From Dysgonamonadaceae bacterium (GTDB lineage Bacteria > Bacteroidota > Bacteroidia > Bacteroidales > Dysgonomonadaceae): a stretch of 55,220 nt of DNA. The notes beneath the pieces are model-generated. The model did not search any database. It was not told the origin of the DNA and saw nothing but the letters and a program-made list of their open reading frames with translations. Both the position numbers and the translations under genes were made by a program. Positions 18,152 to 27,892 of this stretch are shown piece after piece. Position 1 is the first letter of the stretch. Each line of letters opens with the position of its first letter. The stretch spans positions 1 through 55,220 of the forward strand of contig JARICS010000076.1 of the NCBI GenBank assembly GCA_029264035.1, written 5' to 3'.

Positions 18152-19117
18152 ATGAAAAATAAACTTGTAGTATCACCTTCACCACACGTTCACAGTGGAG
18201 ACACTATTTCTAAAAATATGTATGGAGTGCTTATTGCGCTCGTGCCTGCTTTTATAGTGTCGCTGTATGTGTTTGGTATCGACGCATTAATATTAACTGC
18301 GTTTTCAGTGCTCTTCTGTGTCATTACAGAATATGGAGTGCAACGTTTCATGTTTAAAAAAGAACCTACCATTTCAGATGGATCAGCTATCATCACTGGT
18401 GTTTTGCTTGCATTTAATGTGCCATCCAACCTTCCATTGTGGATTTTAGCTATTGGGGCTATTGCTGCTATTGGTATTGGCAAAATGTCATTTGGCGGAT
18501 TGGGTAATAATATTTTTAATCCTGCATTGTTAGGACGCGTATTTCTTCTAATTTCATTTCCAGCGCAAATGACTTCATGGCCTCTGCCAAGTACTATAGA
18601 AGCAATTGATGGAGTAACAGCTGCTACAGTGCTTGAGAATATTAAATATAATCCTTCTGCACTTCCTTCCATCTCAGATATGTTCTTTGGATTGGAGAGT
18701 GGATCAATTGGAGAAATGAGCGTAATGGCGCTTTTATTAGGACTGATATACATGTTGTGGAAAAAAATTATTACATGGCATATTCCAATATCAATTCTTC
18801 TTACAGTTGCTATTTTTGCAGGAGGTGTCTATTTGATTGACCCATCGCCTACGAACAATCCATTGATTCACTTATTATCAGGGGGTCTTATGTTGGGAGC
18901 TGTGTTTATGGCAACAGATTATGCAACATCACCTCTCACTCATAAAGGAATGATCATTTATGGTATAGGTATTGGTGTTGTCACAATGTGTATTCGTTTG
19001 TGGGGATCATACCCTGAAGGAGTTTCATTTGCTATATTGCTCATGAACGGACTTACTCCTCTAATTAATAATTATGTGAAACCTAAAAGATTTGGGGAGG
19101 TAGTAAAAAATGGCTAA
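18152..19117 (+). CDS. rnfD: Rnf complex subunit D
   Basis: 321-aa polytopic NqrB/RnfD-type membrane protein. Confidence 0.92.
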   Translation: MKNKLVVSPSPHVHSGDTISKNMYGVLIALVPAFIVSLYVFGIDALILTAFSVLFCVITEYGVQRFMFKKEPTISDGSAIITGVLLAFNVPSNLPLWILAIGAIAAIGIGKMSFGGLGNNIFNPALLGRVFLLISFPAQMTSWPLPSTIEAIDGVTAATVLENIKYNPSALPSISDMFFGLESGSIGEMSVMALLLGLIYMLWKKIITWHIPISILLTVAIFAGGVYLIDPSPTNNPLIHLLSGGLMLGAVFMATDYATSPLTHKGMIIYGIGIGVVTMCIRLWGSYPEGVSFAILLMNGLTPLINNYVKPKRFGEVVKNG

Positions 19118-19808
19118 ATTATCATCATCGTATAAAAACATGCTTTTGTCTCTTTTGTTTATCTGTTTGCTTGCAGCTGGATTGTTGGCTAAGATGAATG
19201 ATATGACAAAGGCTCCCATTGCCGACGCAAAAGCGTTGAAGTTGGAAGAGGCTATTAAAGATGTAGTTCCAGAATTTGACAACAATCCTGTTGCTGAGTC
19301 ATACAAAGTGGCAACAGATGCCGGAGATTCGTTACTTGTGTATCCTGCTAAAAAAGGAGACGAAATTGTTGGGTTTGCTGTCAATAGCTATTCAGACAAT
19401 GGTTTTTCGGGCAATATTCAAGTAATGGTAGGATTCGACACTGAAAACTCTGTTGTTAACTATGCAGTTTTGTCACACGCTGAAACTCCAGGTCTGGGTT
19501 CTCAAATGGTTGATTGGTTTAAGCCACAAGTTCAAGAGTATAGTTTGATTGAAAAGCTATTTGGCTTTCAAGTAGAAAAGGTTGAGGCCAAAAGTTCGAT
19601 TATTGGCAAAAGTCCAAAGACTACTCAATTTAAAGTTGCAAAAGATGGGGGTGACATTGATGCCATTAGTGCATCAACCATTACATCGAGAGCATTCTTA
19701 GAGGCCGTAAACAAAGCTTATGCTGCATATACTCAAAGCGAAAACTATACAAGTACAGGTGCAACTATAGCAGTAGATAATGATACAACAGAAATAAAAA
19801 AAAATTAG
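19110..19808 (+). CDS. rnfG: Rnf complex subunit G (FMN-binding)
   Basis: 232 aa. Overlaps rnfD by 8 nt. FMN-attachment motif ISASTITS. Confidence 0.88.
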   Translation: MAKLSSSYKNMLLSLLFICLLAAGLLAKMNDMTKAPIADAKALKLEEAIKDVVPEFDNNPVAESYKVATDAGDSLLVYPAKKGDEIVGFAVNSYSDNGFSGNIQVMVGFDTENSVVNYAVLSHAETPGLGSQMVDWFKPQVQEYSLIEKLFGFQVEKVEAKSSIIGKSPKTTQFKVAKDGGDIDAISASTITSRAFLEAVNKAYAAYTQSENYTSTGATIAVDNDTTEIKKN

Positions 19809-19811
19809 GCT

Positions 19812-20399
19812 ATGGCTAAAAATATAAAAGTATTAGTTAACGGTATTATTAAAGATAACCCAGTTTTTGTATTACTTCTGGGTATGTGTCCTACACTTGC
19901 AACAACAAGTTCAGCAATAAACGGTATGAGTATGGGTTTGGCCACAATGTTTGTTCTTGTATGCTCAAATGTTGTAATTTCATTATTGAAAAATTTGATT
20001 CCAGATTTAGTTCGTATTCCGGCGTTTATTGTAGTGATTGCAACCTTTGTAACTATTGTAGAGATGGTGATGAATGCTTATTTGCCTGCACTGGCTGATA
20101 GCTTAGGCATTTTCATCCCTCTTATAGTTGTAAACTGTATTGTACTTGGCAGAGCTGAGGCTTTTGCAGCAAAAAACAATGTACTCTCTTCGCTTTTTGA
20201 TGGTATTGGTATAGGTTTGGGTTTTACATTTGCACTTACTGCGCTGGGTATAACACGAGAGTTTTTTGGATCGGGTAAAATATTTTCTGTCTCTTTCTTC
20301 CCCGAAGATTTTGGAGTGACTTTATTTGTACTTGCTCCTGGTGCATTTATTGCGTTAGGATACCTTGTTGCTGTTTTCAATAAATTGCAACGTAAATAG
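19812..20399 (+). CDS. rnfE: Rnf complex subunit E
   Basis: 195-aa NqrD/RnfE-type membrane protein. Confidence 0.9.
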   Translation: MAKNIKVLVNGIIKDNPVFVLLLGMCPTLATTSSAINGMSMGLATMFVLVCSNVVISLLKNLIPDLVRIPAFIVVIATFVTIVEMVMNAYLPALADSLGIFIPLIVVNCIVLGRAEAFAAKNNVLSSLFDGIGIGLGFTFALTALGITREFFGSGKIFSVSFFPEDFGVTLFVLAPGAFIALGYLVAVFNKLQRK

Positions 20400-20477
20400 T
20401 GAGGTGCAAATCTATTCTGTCTTGTTTGGACAGACTCATTTGAATAAAGAAATATAACGCATTAGATAAAGATATTT

Positions 20478-21059
20478 ATGGAATACATTGGAATAATTAT
20501 AGTTGCTATTTTCGTAAACAACGTTGTTTTAGCACAGTTCTTGGGGATATGTCCATTTTTGGGAGTATCCAAAAAAGTAGATACTGCCATTGGAATGGGT
20601 GCAGCAGTTACTTTTGTACTATCAATTGCAACAATTGTAACCTTTTTGTTGCAAAAAGGACTTTTAGAACCTTTCGGATTACAGTATTTGCAAACCATTA
20701 CATTTATACTCGTAATTGCTTCTTTGGTACAGATGGTTGAGATTATTATCAAAAAAGTATCTCCACCACTCTATCAAGCATTGGGTGTTTTCTTACCATT
20801 AATAACAACAAACTGTGTTATCTTGGGTGTTGCTATTTTAGTAATACAAAAAGATTTCACGCTATTGTCATCAGTTGTATATGCTGTAGCTACAGCAGCA
20901 GGCTATGCATTGGCATTGATTATATTCTCTACCATAAGAGAGCAATTAGCGCTAACTAAAGTGCCTAAGGCAATGCAAGGGGTTCCGATTGCTCTTATTA
21001 CAGCAGGTATTTTAGCCATGGCATTTATGGGCTTTTCAGGTATCGATCAGGTTTTTTAA
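20478..21059 (+). CDS. rnfA: Rnf complex subunit A
   Basis: 193-aa NqrE/RnfA-type membrane protein. Confidence 0.9.
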   Translation: MEYIGIIIVAIFVNNVVLAQFLGICPFLGVSKKVDTAIGMGAAVTFVLSIATIVTFLLQKGLLEPFGLQYLQTITFILVIASLVQMVEIIIKKVSPPLYQALGVFLPLITTNCVILGVAILVIQKDFTLLSSVVYAVATAAGYALALIIFSTIREQLALTKVPKAMQGVPIALITAGILAMAFMGFSGIDQVF

Positions 21060-21126
21060 GTAAGATAATGAGCTCATTGAAATGTATTTCTCTAATGGAT
21101 TATGCATTTTATTTAAGAAAATGTTT

Positions 21127-21134
21127 TATCTTTG
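21127..21134 (+). promoter_or_regulatory. -7 promoter box TATCTTTG (would give a ~175-nt leader to rpsU)
   Basis: Exact TAnnTTTG. The identical octamer precedes the tRNA cluster at 22807. Confidence 0.4.
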
Positions 21135-21316
21135 CGCCCTAAATATAGAGGGGAGGTTATAGAAACATTCGGGAAATACTGTAAAAATAAAATATCAAAC
21201 ATACTCGATAACTGCAGCAGATACATGTTGCAGGGTGAAAATATTGTCAAACAGTAGGGCATGTTTTCAATATAATCAATAATACAAGAATTTTATAAAT
21301 AAGAAAAATAACAAAT

Positions 21317-21508
21317 ATGATAATTGTACCATTAAAAGAGGGCGAAAACATTGAAAGAGCTCTTAAGAAATTTAAAAGAAAGTTTGAAAGAACTGGTGTT
21401 GTAAAAGAATTACGTAAACGCAAAGCATTCATTAAACCATCTGTTGATAGACGAAAGAAACATCAGCATGCTGTTTATGTGCAACAAATGCAACAAGACG
21501 AGGATTAA
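21317..21508 (+). CDS. rpsU: 30S ribosomal protein S21
   Basis: 63 aa, basic, with IERALKKFKRKFERTGV. Confidence 0.95.
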   Translation: MIIVPLKEGENIERALKKFKRKFERTGVVKELRKRKAFIKPSVDRRKKHQHAVYVQQMQQDED

Positions 21509-21560
21509 TTTGCGTTTTTGATTTATTTTTTCTTATCTTCGTAGTCAATACAATTGAATT

Positions 21561-22442
21561 ATGTTGAAGGAAAAGTTTATAAAATATCTCCGTTATGAGA
21601 AGAATTGTTCTTCCCATACGGAGATTTCTTATTTTAAAGACCTTGCTCAATTTCAAATGTATGTTGAGAGTGAAGTAGGGCAGTTTGATCCTTTAACAAT
21701 AGGTTCAGACTTAATTCGTATGTGGATTGTACATTTGATGGAACAGGGCAATAAGTCAAGCACCGTTAATAGGAAGCTGAGCACTATAAAGTCGTTCTAC
21801 AGGTTTCTTCAGAAAAAAGAAATGTTAGATATCAATCCAGCTATCTATATACAAGGGCCAAAGAAAGAGCAACAATTGCCCAATTTTGTAAAACACTCTG
21901 ATATGCTCAAAGTATTGTCATCAGATTCATTTACGGATAACTTTGAAGGAGTGCGTAATCTTTTCCTTATTGAATTGCTTTATCTGACAGGCCTAAGGAC
22001 AGATGAGTTGATTATGCTGAAGGATACTGATATAGATCTTTGTTCGAATACTATGCATGTGCATGGTAAACGCAATAAAGATAGAATAATACCCATTAGC
22101 CCAAAAACGAACCTGCTTTTTTCGGAATATATTAAAGTGAGAAATCATAATGTCGAAAACAGAACACCCTACTTGTTTGTTAGAAAGAATGGCAAGCAGC
22201 TTTATCACAGAATGGTGTATGCTATTGTAAACAAACATTTATCTGATGTGAAGACGCTCTCAGTGAAAAGTCCACATGTCTTAAGACATTCATTTGCTAC
22301 AGTCATGCTTGACAATGGCGCTGAAATAAATGCAGTTAAGAATTTATTAGGTCATGCTAGCTTATCGTCAACACAGATTTACACGCATGTAACATTCAAA
22401 AAACTAAAGAAAGTATACAATAACGCTCATCCAAGAGCATAA
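21561..22442 (+). CDS. tyrosine recombinase, XerC/XerD family
   Basis: 293 aa with an N-terminal SAM-like core-binding domain and catalytic R...HxLRHSFAT...GHASLSSTQIYTH. Confidence 0.85.
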   Translation: MLKEKFIKYLRYEKNCSSHTEISYFKDLAQFQMYVESEVGQFDPLTIGSDLIRMWIVHLMEQGNKSSTVNRKLSTIKSFYRFLQKKEMLDINPAIYIQGPKKEQQLPNFVKHSDMLKVLSSDSFTDNFEGVRNLFLIELLYLTGLRTDELIMLKDTDIDLCSNTMHVHGKRNKDRIIPISPKTNLLFSEYIKVRNHNVENRTPYLFVRKNGKQLYHRMVYAIVNKHLSDVKTLSVKSPHVLRHSFATVMLDNGAEINAVKNLLGHASLSSTQIYTHVTFKKLKKVYNNAHPRA

Positions 22443-22462
22443 CAATTAATGGAGGACATAAT

Positions 22463-22762
22463 ATGGAATTAAGAATTCAATCAGTTAACTTCGATGCTTC
22501 AGAGCAATTAAAGTCTTTTGCTCAGAAAAAAGTGAATAAACTTGTAAAGTACACCGACGAGATCATTCAATCTGAAATGGTCATGAAGGTAATTAAACCC
22601 GATGCTCCAAATAATAAAGAGGTTTCAATAAAATTGAATATTAAAAATGGCGAAAGCTTTGCAAGTAAGACTGCAGAAAGCTTCGAAGAGGCAATTGATC
22701 TATGTGTTGAGGCATTAGAAAAGCAAGTGATTCGCACAAAAGAGAAAAAAACAGGGAAATAA
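22463..22762 (+). CDS. hpf: ribosome hibernation promoting factor (short HPF/RaiA)
   Basis: 99-aa sigma-54-modulation/S30EA family protein. Confidence 0.88.
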   Translation: MELRIQSVNFDASEQLKSFAQKKVNKLVKYTDEIIQSEMVMKVIKPDAPNNKEVSIKLNIKNGESFASKTAESFEEAIDLCVEALEKQVIRTKEKKTGK

Positions 22763-22806
22763 GTAAAAAAAGATCTCATTTCCTTTGGTTATGAATAAAA
22801 AGTATC

Positions 22807-22814
22807 TATCTTTG
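22807..22814 (+). promoter_or_regulatory. -7 promoter box TATCTTTG for the tRNA-tuf transcription unit
   Basis: TAnnTTTG about 54 nt upstream of the first tRNA. Confidence 0.5.
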
Positions 22815-22867
22815 CGACCGTTTCTTTGATATATGATTATAGCGAATAAGAATAGCAAAATAGATAT

Positions 22868-22941
22868 GCCTCTTTAGCTCAGTTGGCCAGAGCACGTGAT
22901 TTGTAATCTCGGGGTCGTTGGTTCGAATCCGACAAGAGGCT
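22868..22941 (+). tRNA. tRNA-Thr (anticodon TGT)
   Basis: Hand-folded cloverleaf. Acceptor GCCTCTT/AAGAGGC, anticodon loop TTTGTAA, T-loop GGTTCGAATCC. Confidence 0.85.
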
Positions 22942-22995
22942 CACTATATCTAATTTTATCGCTAATATATTATTCAATTTAACGCACATGTTTTA

Positions 22996-23077
22996 GGGCA
23001 GTTACCAGAGTGGACAAATGGGGCTGACTGTAACTCAGCTGGCTACGCCTACGGTGGTTCGAATCCATCACTGCCCA
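22996..23077 (+). tRNA. tRNA-Tyr (anticodon GTA), long variable arm
   Basis: Acceptor GGGCAGT/ACTGCCC, anticodon stem GCTGA/TCAGC, loop CTGTAAC. Confidence 0.85.
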
Positions 23078-23143
23078 CTAAAACTAAATACTATTCTATT
23101 ATTGCTGCTTAATTTGTTTTGAGTGGTAGTTTTAGAATTGATT

Positions 23144-23216
23144 GCGGAAGTAGCTCAGTTGATAGAGCATTAGCCTTCCAAGCTGAGGGTCGCGGGTTTG
23201 AGTCCCGTCTTCCGCT
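23144..23216 (+). tRNA. tRNA-Gly (anticodon TCC)
   Basis: Acceptor GCGGAAG/CTTCCGC, anticodon loop CTTCCAA. Confidence 0.88.
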
Positions 23217-23299
23217 CTTTTAGAAAGAGCAAGTGATAAGAATTTATAGCATATAGCTATGGCCTGACAAATCAGGTAGCCTGTCTTCCGCTCGTTAAT

Positions 23300-23371
<72 letters not shown>

Positions 23372-23489
23372 CAATTTTTAAGCTTTAAGAATGAGGTAGA
23401 GCCTTGTCTCTTAAATTTTGTGTATTTAGTGATATTGCAAAAAAAGAAATATAACTACAACTTAATTAAACTAATAGAACTTTTTTATT

Positions 23490-24677
23490 ATGGCAAAGGA
23501 AAAATTTGATAGATCGAAGCCACACGTTAATATTGGAACTATTGGTCACGTTGACCATGGTAAAACTACATTGACAGCAGCGATCACAACAGTATTGCAT
23601 AAAGCAGGTCTTTCAGAGCTTAAATCGTATGATTCAATTGATAATGCTCCTGAAGAAAAGGAAAGAGGTATAACCATTAATACTTCACACGTTGAGTATA
23701 CAACAGAAGCGCGTCATTACGCACACGTAGACTGTCCTGGTCACGCTGACTATGTTAAGAACATGGTAACTGGTGCTGCACAGATGGACGGAGCTATTAT
23801 CGTAGTTGCTGCTACTGATGGTCCAATGCCTCAAACTCGTGAGCACATATTATTAGCTCGTCAGGTAAACGTTCCTAAATTAGTTGTATTTATGAATAAA
23901 TGCGACTTAGTTGACGACGAAGAGATGTTGGAGCTTGTTGAGATGGAAATGAGAGAATTATTAGAATTCTATGAATTTGATGGTGATAACACACCTGTAA
24001 TTCAAGGTTCAGCTCTTGGTGCACTTAACGGTGATCCTAAATGGGAAGCAAGCGTTTTAGAGTTAATGGAAGCTGTAGATAAATGGATTCCAATTCCTCC
24101 ACGTGATGTTGACAAGCCATTTCTTATGCCTGTAGAGGACGTATTCTCTATTACAGGTCGTGGAACAGTAGCTACAGGTCGTATTGAAACTGGTATTATC
24201 AAAACAGGTGAAGAAGTTCAAATCATCGGTCTTGGTGCAGCAGGTAAAAAATCTGTTATTACTGGAGTTGAAATGTTCCGTAAGATTCTTGATGAAGGTC
24301 AAGCAGGTGACAACGTTGGTTTATTGCTACGTGGTATCGACAAAGATGCTATCAAGCGTGGTATGGTAATCACTCATCCAGGAAAAGTTACTCCTCATAC
24401 AACATTTAAAGCTGAGGTTTATATTTTGAAGAAAGAAGAAGGTGGTCGCCACACTCCTTTCCACCAAAAATACCGTCCTCAATTCTATATCCGTACGCTT
24501 GACGTAACTGGTGAGATTACATTGCCAGAGGGAACAGAAATGGTAATGCCAGGTGATAATGTTACAATTACTGTAGAACTTATCTATCCTGTAGCTTGTA
24601 ACGTAGGTTTACGCTTTGCTATCCGTGAAGGTGGACGTACAGTAGGAGCTGGTCAAATTACTGAATTGTTGAACTAA
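23490..24677 (+). CDS. tuf: elongation factor Tu
   Basis: 395 aa with [14 protein letters not shown] and NKCD motifs. Confidence 0.98.
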   Translation: MAKEKFDRSKPHVNIGTIGHVDHGKTTLTAAITTVLHKAGLSELKSYDSIDNAPEEKERGITINTSHVEYTTEARHYAHVDCPGHADYVKNMVTGAAQMDGAIIVVAATDGPMPQTREHILLARQVNVPKLVVFMNKCDLVDDEEMLELVEMEMRELLEFYEFDGDNTPVIQGSALGALNGDPKWEASVLELMEAVDKWIPIPPRDVDKPFLMPVEDVFSITGRGTVATGRIETGIIKTGEEVQIIGLGAAGKKSVITGVEMFRKILDEGQAGDNVGLLLRGIDKDAIKRGMVITHPGKVTPHTTFKAEVYILKKEEGGRHTPFHQKYRPQFYIRTLDVTGEITLPEGTEMVMPGDNVTITVELIYPVACNVGLRFAIREGGRTVGAGQITELLN

Positions 24678-24745
24678 TAATTCAAAATAAAATAGAATAA
24701 GCCGATAAGTTGGTTATGGCAACGTAGCCAACTATCGTGTTATTC

Positions 24746-24818
24746 ACGGGTCTAGCTCAGCTGGTAGAGCACTGGTCTCCAAAACCAGGTGTCGTGAGTT
24801 CGAATCTTACGACCCGTG
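24746..24818 (+). tRNA. tRNA-Trp (anticodon CCA)
   Basis: Acceptor ACGGGTC/GACCCGT, anticodon stem CTGGT/ACCAG, loop CTCCAAA. Confidence 0.88.
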
Positions 24819-24838
24819 CAAATTTTATTAGGAATTAA

Positions 24839-25030
24839 ATGAAAAAAATAGCTGCATATCTCAAGGACTCGTATACTGAATTGGTATACAAAGTTTCTTG
24901 GCCTTCACGAGAAGAACTTTCCAATAGTTCAGTTATTGTTATGGTTGCTTCCCTAATTATAGCATTACTAGTTTTTGGAATCGACTCTTTGTTTGAGTGG
25001 ATATTGAAACTACTCTATGGTATTTTATAA
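24839..25030 (+). CDS. secE: preprotein translocase subunit SecE
   Basis: 63 aa with a single C-terminal TM helix, in the conserved position before nusG. Confidence 0.9.
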   Translation: MKKIAAYLKDSYTELVYKVSWPSREELSNSSVIVMVASLIIALLVFGIDSLFEWILKLLYGIL

Positions 25031-25045
25031 TAATCTGAACTGAGA

Positions 25046-25588
25046 ATGACTGAAACTGGAAAAAAATGGTACGTTTTACGTGCCGTTAGTGGAAAAGAGA
25101 ATAAAGTCAAAGAATTTCTTGAATCAGAGATTCAGAAAACCGAGTTAGGAAAATATATCTCTCAAGTTCTTATCCCTACTGAAAAGACTTATATTGTACG
25201 TGCAGGTAAAAAAGTTCTTAAAGAAAGAGCTTATTTGCCTGGTTATGTGCTTATTGAGGCTGAACTGGTAGGTGAAGTTGTTCATGAACTAAAAAACATT
25301 AATTATGTTGTTGGATTTCTCCCCAACACAACAAATCCACAGCCTCTAAGAGAGTCTGAAGTAAAACGTATTTTAGGTACGATGGATGAGTTGGAGGAAA
25401 TTTCAGACGAAATGGATGTTAATTACTACGTTGGTGAAAATGTTAAAGTCACAAGTGGACCTTTTAGCAGTTTTTCTGGTGTTGTAGAAGATGTAAATGA
25501 AGAACGTAAAAAACTTAAGGTTATGGTTAAGATCTTTGGGCGTAGTTCGCTCTTAGAACTTGGATATATGCAGGTAGAAAAAGAATAG
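25046..25588 (+). CDS. nusG: transcription termination/antitermination factor NusG
   Basis: 180 aa with NGN and KOW domains. Confidence 0.95.
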   Translation: MTETGKKWYVLRAVSGKENKVKEFLESEIQKTELGKYISQVLIPTEKTYIVRAGKKVLKERAYLPGYVLIEAELVGEVVHELKNINYVVGFLPNTTNPQPLRESEVKRILGTMDELEEISDEMDVNYYVGENVKVTSGPFSSFSGVVEDVNEERKKLKVMVKIFGRSSLLELGYMQVEKE

Positions 25589-25665
25589 TCGCTTTTGGTT
25601 ACGCAATTGCTGAAGTAATTCTTTAATAGTGTTTCGAAAAAACGTAATTAAATCAAATCAAAAAA

Positions 25666-26112
25666 ATGGCTAAAGAAGTTGCTGGACAACTAAAATTACA
25701 GATCAAAGGAGGAGCTGCAAATCCATCTCCACCCGTAGGGCCTGCATTAGGTTCTAAGGGTATTAATATTATGGATTTTTGCAAGCAATTCAATGCCAGA
25801 ACACAAGATAAGGCAGGAAAAGTATTACCAGTGGTAATTACTTATTACTCTGATAAGTCTTTTGATTTTATAGTTAAAAACCCACCTATTGCGGTGCAAT
25901 TACTTGAAGCAAGTAAAAAGAAAGCTGGCTCAGCAGAGCCTAATAGAGTAAAAGTAGCTCAAGTAACTTGGGAACAAGTTCAAGCTATTGCTACTGATAA
26001 AATGACTGACTTAAACTGCTTTAAAGTAGAATCTGCAATGAAAATGGTTGCTGGAACAGCTCGAAGCATGGGTATCACAGTAAAAGGGAAGTTCCCTGAG
26101 AATGTAGAATAA
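25666..26112 (+). CDS. rplK: 50S ribosomal protein L11
   Basis: 148 aa with PPVGPALG. Confidence 0.97.
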   Translation: MAKEVAGQLKLQIKGGAANPSPPVGPALGSKGINIMDFCKQFNARTQDKAGKVLPVVITYYSDKSFDFIVKNPPIAVQLLEASKKKAGSAEPNRVKVAQVTWEQVQAIATDKMTDLNCFKVESAMKMVAGTARSMGITVKGKFPENVE

Positions 26113-26131
26113 TTAAAACTTCAATTAAGAC

Positions 26132-26848
26132 ATGAGTAAACTAACGAAAAATGAAAAGTTGGCTTTGAGCAAGATTGAAGAAGGTAAAACCTATTCTTTA
26201 AGAGAAGCATCAGCATTGGTTAAGGAAATAACTACAACTAAATTTGATGCATCTGTTGATATCGATGTACGCTTAGGCGTGGATCCTCGAAAAGCTAACC
26301 AAATGGTAAGAGGTGTAGTATCTCTTCCACATGGAACGGGTAAAGAAATCAAAGTTCTTGTATTGTGCTCTCCAGATGCAGAGGCTGCTGCCACTGAAGC
26401 TGGCGCAGATTATGTTGGACTAGATGAATATATTGAGAAAATTAAAGGCGGTTGGACTGACATTGACGTTATTATAACGCAACCAGCTATTATGGGTAAA
26501 ATCGGTGCATTGGGTCGTATTTTAGGACCTCGTGGTTTAATGCCAAACCCTAAGAGTGGGACAGTTACTCCTGACGTAGCTCAAGCTGTAAAGGAAGTAA
26601 AACAAGGAAAAATTGACTTTAAAGTAGATAAAGCAGGTATAATACACGCCTCTGTAGGTAAAGTATCTTTTACACCCGATCAGATTAGAGAAAATGCGAA
26701 AGAATTTATTCTAACGCTTTTAAAACTAAAACCAACATCGGCTAAAGGAGTTTATTTTAGAAGTATTTATCTTTCTAGTACGATGAGTAAAGGGATTAAG
26801 GTAGATCCAAAATCCATAGGAGAAATTCAAAAACAACTAGAACTGTAA
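26132..26848 (+). CDS. rplA: 50S ribosomal protein L1
   Basis: 238-aa L1 family protein. Confidence 0.97.
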   Translation: MSKLTKNEKLALSKIEEGKTYSLREASALVKEITTTKFDASVDIDVRLGVDPRKANQMVRGVVSLPHGTGKEIKVLVLCSPDAEAAATEAGADYVGLDEYIEKIKGGWTDIDVIITQPAIMGKIGALGRILGPRGLMPNPKSGTVTPDVAQAVKEVKQGKIDFKVDKAGIIHASVGKVSFTPDQIRENAKEFILTLLKLKPTSAKGVYFRSIYLSSTMSKGIKVDPKSIGEIQKQLEL

Positions 26849-26854
26849 ACATCT

Positions 26855-27364
26855 ATGAAGAAGGAAGATAAAAATAAAATTGTAGATCAGATTGCATCTA
26901 CTATCAAATCATATGATAACTTTTATTTGACTGATATTGCTTCTTTAAATGCTGAGAAAACCAGCATTCTAAGAAAAGAATGTTACGATCAAGATATCAA
27001 ATTGATGGTGGTTAAAAACACTTTACTTCGAAAAGCATTTGATAGATTAGACGAAAACTATGATGAGCTAGATGCTATCCTAAAGGGTAATACAGCGATC
27101 ATGTTCTCTAATGTTGCAAATGCTCCTGCTAAGTTAATCAATAAATATAAAGGCAAAGTACCCACACTGAAAGGTGCATATGTACAAGAAAGCTTTTATG
27201 TTGGAGCTGAATACTTACCACAGCTTGTTTCTGTAAAGAGCAAGACAGAAGTAATAGGAGATATAATTGGTTTATTGCAATCTCCAGCCAAAAATGTTAT
27301 ATCTGCACTACAATCAGGTGGCAATACTATACATGGTATTTTGCAAACCCTTTCAGAAAAATAA
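26855..27364 (+). CDS. rplJ: 50S ribosomal protein L10
   Basis: 169 aa, in the conserved position. Confidence 0.95.
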   Translation: MKKEDKNKIVDQIASTIKSYDNFYLTDIASLNAEKTSILRKECYDQDIKLMVVKNTLLRKAFDRLDENYDELDAILKGNTAIMFSNVANAPAKLINKYKGKVPTLKGAYVQESFYVGAEYLPQLVSVKSKTEVIGDIIGLLQSPAKNVISALQSGGNTIHGILQTLSEK

Positions 27365-27415
27365 ACTATTTTCAAAACAACTAGGAATTAATAAACAATT
27401 AAAATCATACAAATC

Positions 27416-27787
27416 ATGGCAGACTTAAAAGACTTTGCTGAACAACTGGTTAACTTAACTGTAAAAGAAGTTAACGAACTTGCTGAAATTTTAAAAACAG
27501 AATATGGAATCGAACCAGCAGCAGCTGCAGCAACTGTTGTTGCAGGACCTGCAGGAGAAGCTGAAGTTCAAGAACAAACAGCTTTTGATGTAGTTTTAAC
27601 TGCAGCAGGAGGTTCAAAATTAGCTGTAGTTAAGCTAGTAAAAGAACTTACTGGTCTTAGCTTGAAAGAGTCTAAAGAATTAGTAGATTCTGCACCATCT
27701 GAAATTAAAAAAGGAGTATCAAAAGATGAAGCTGACGCACTATCATCACAACTTAAAGACGCAGGGGCAGACGTTGAAATTAAATAG
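27416..27787 (+). CDS. rplL: 50S ribosomal protein L7/L12
   Basis: 123 aa with an Ala-rich hinge and a C-terminal [19 protein letters not shown] motif. Confidence 0.97.
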   Translation: MADLKDFAEQLVNLTVKEVNELAEILKTEYGIEPAAAAATVVAGPAGEAEVQEQTAFDVVLTAAGGSKLAVVKLVKELTGLSLKESKELVDSAPSEIKKGVSKDEADALSSQLKDAGADVEIK

Positions 27788-27815
27788 CATTAACCTGATG
27801 TAAAATCAGAAGTAT

Positions 27816-27853
27816 GGTTAAGAATCTTCATTTAGAAGGTTCTTAACCTTTTG
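27816..27853 (+). terminator. rplL-rpoB intergenic attenuator/terminator hairpin
   Basis: 14-bp stem GGTTAAGAATCTTC attta GAAGGTTCTTAACC followed by TTTT. Confidence 0.7.
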
Positions 27854-27892
27854 TGTCAATACATATCAAGTTCCAACAAACTCATATATCCC

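Noticed and set aside
27851-27892. ORF-track N-terminal extensions: rpoB TTG 27851, guaB 48671/48629, yggS 38942, pncA TTG 42958, OM barrel TTG 10448.
   Set aside because: The extensions overlap a terminator hairpin (rpoB), a promoter box (guaB) or the upstream gene (yggS), or they precede a canonical N terminus or signal peptide. Internal ATGs give family-typical lengths.
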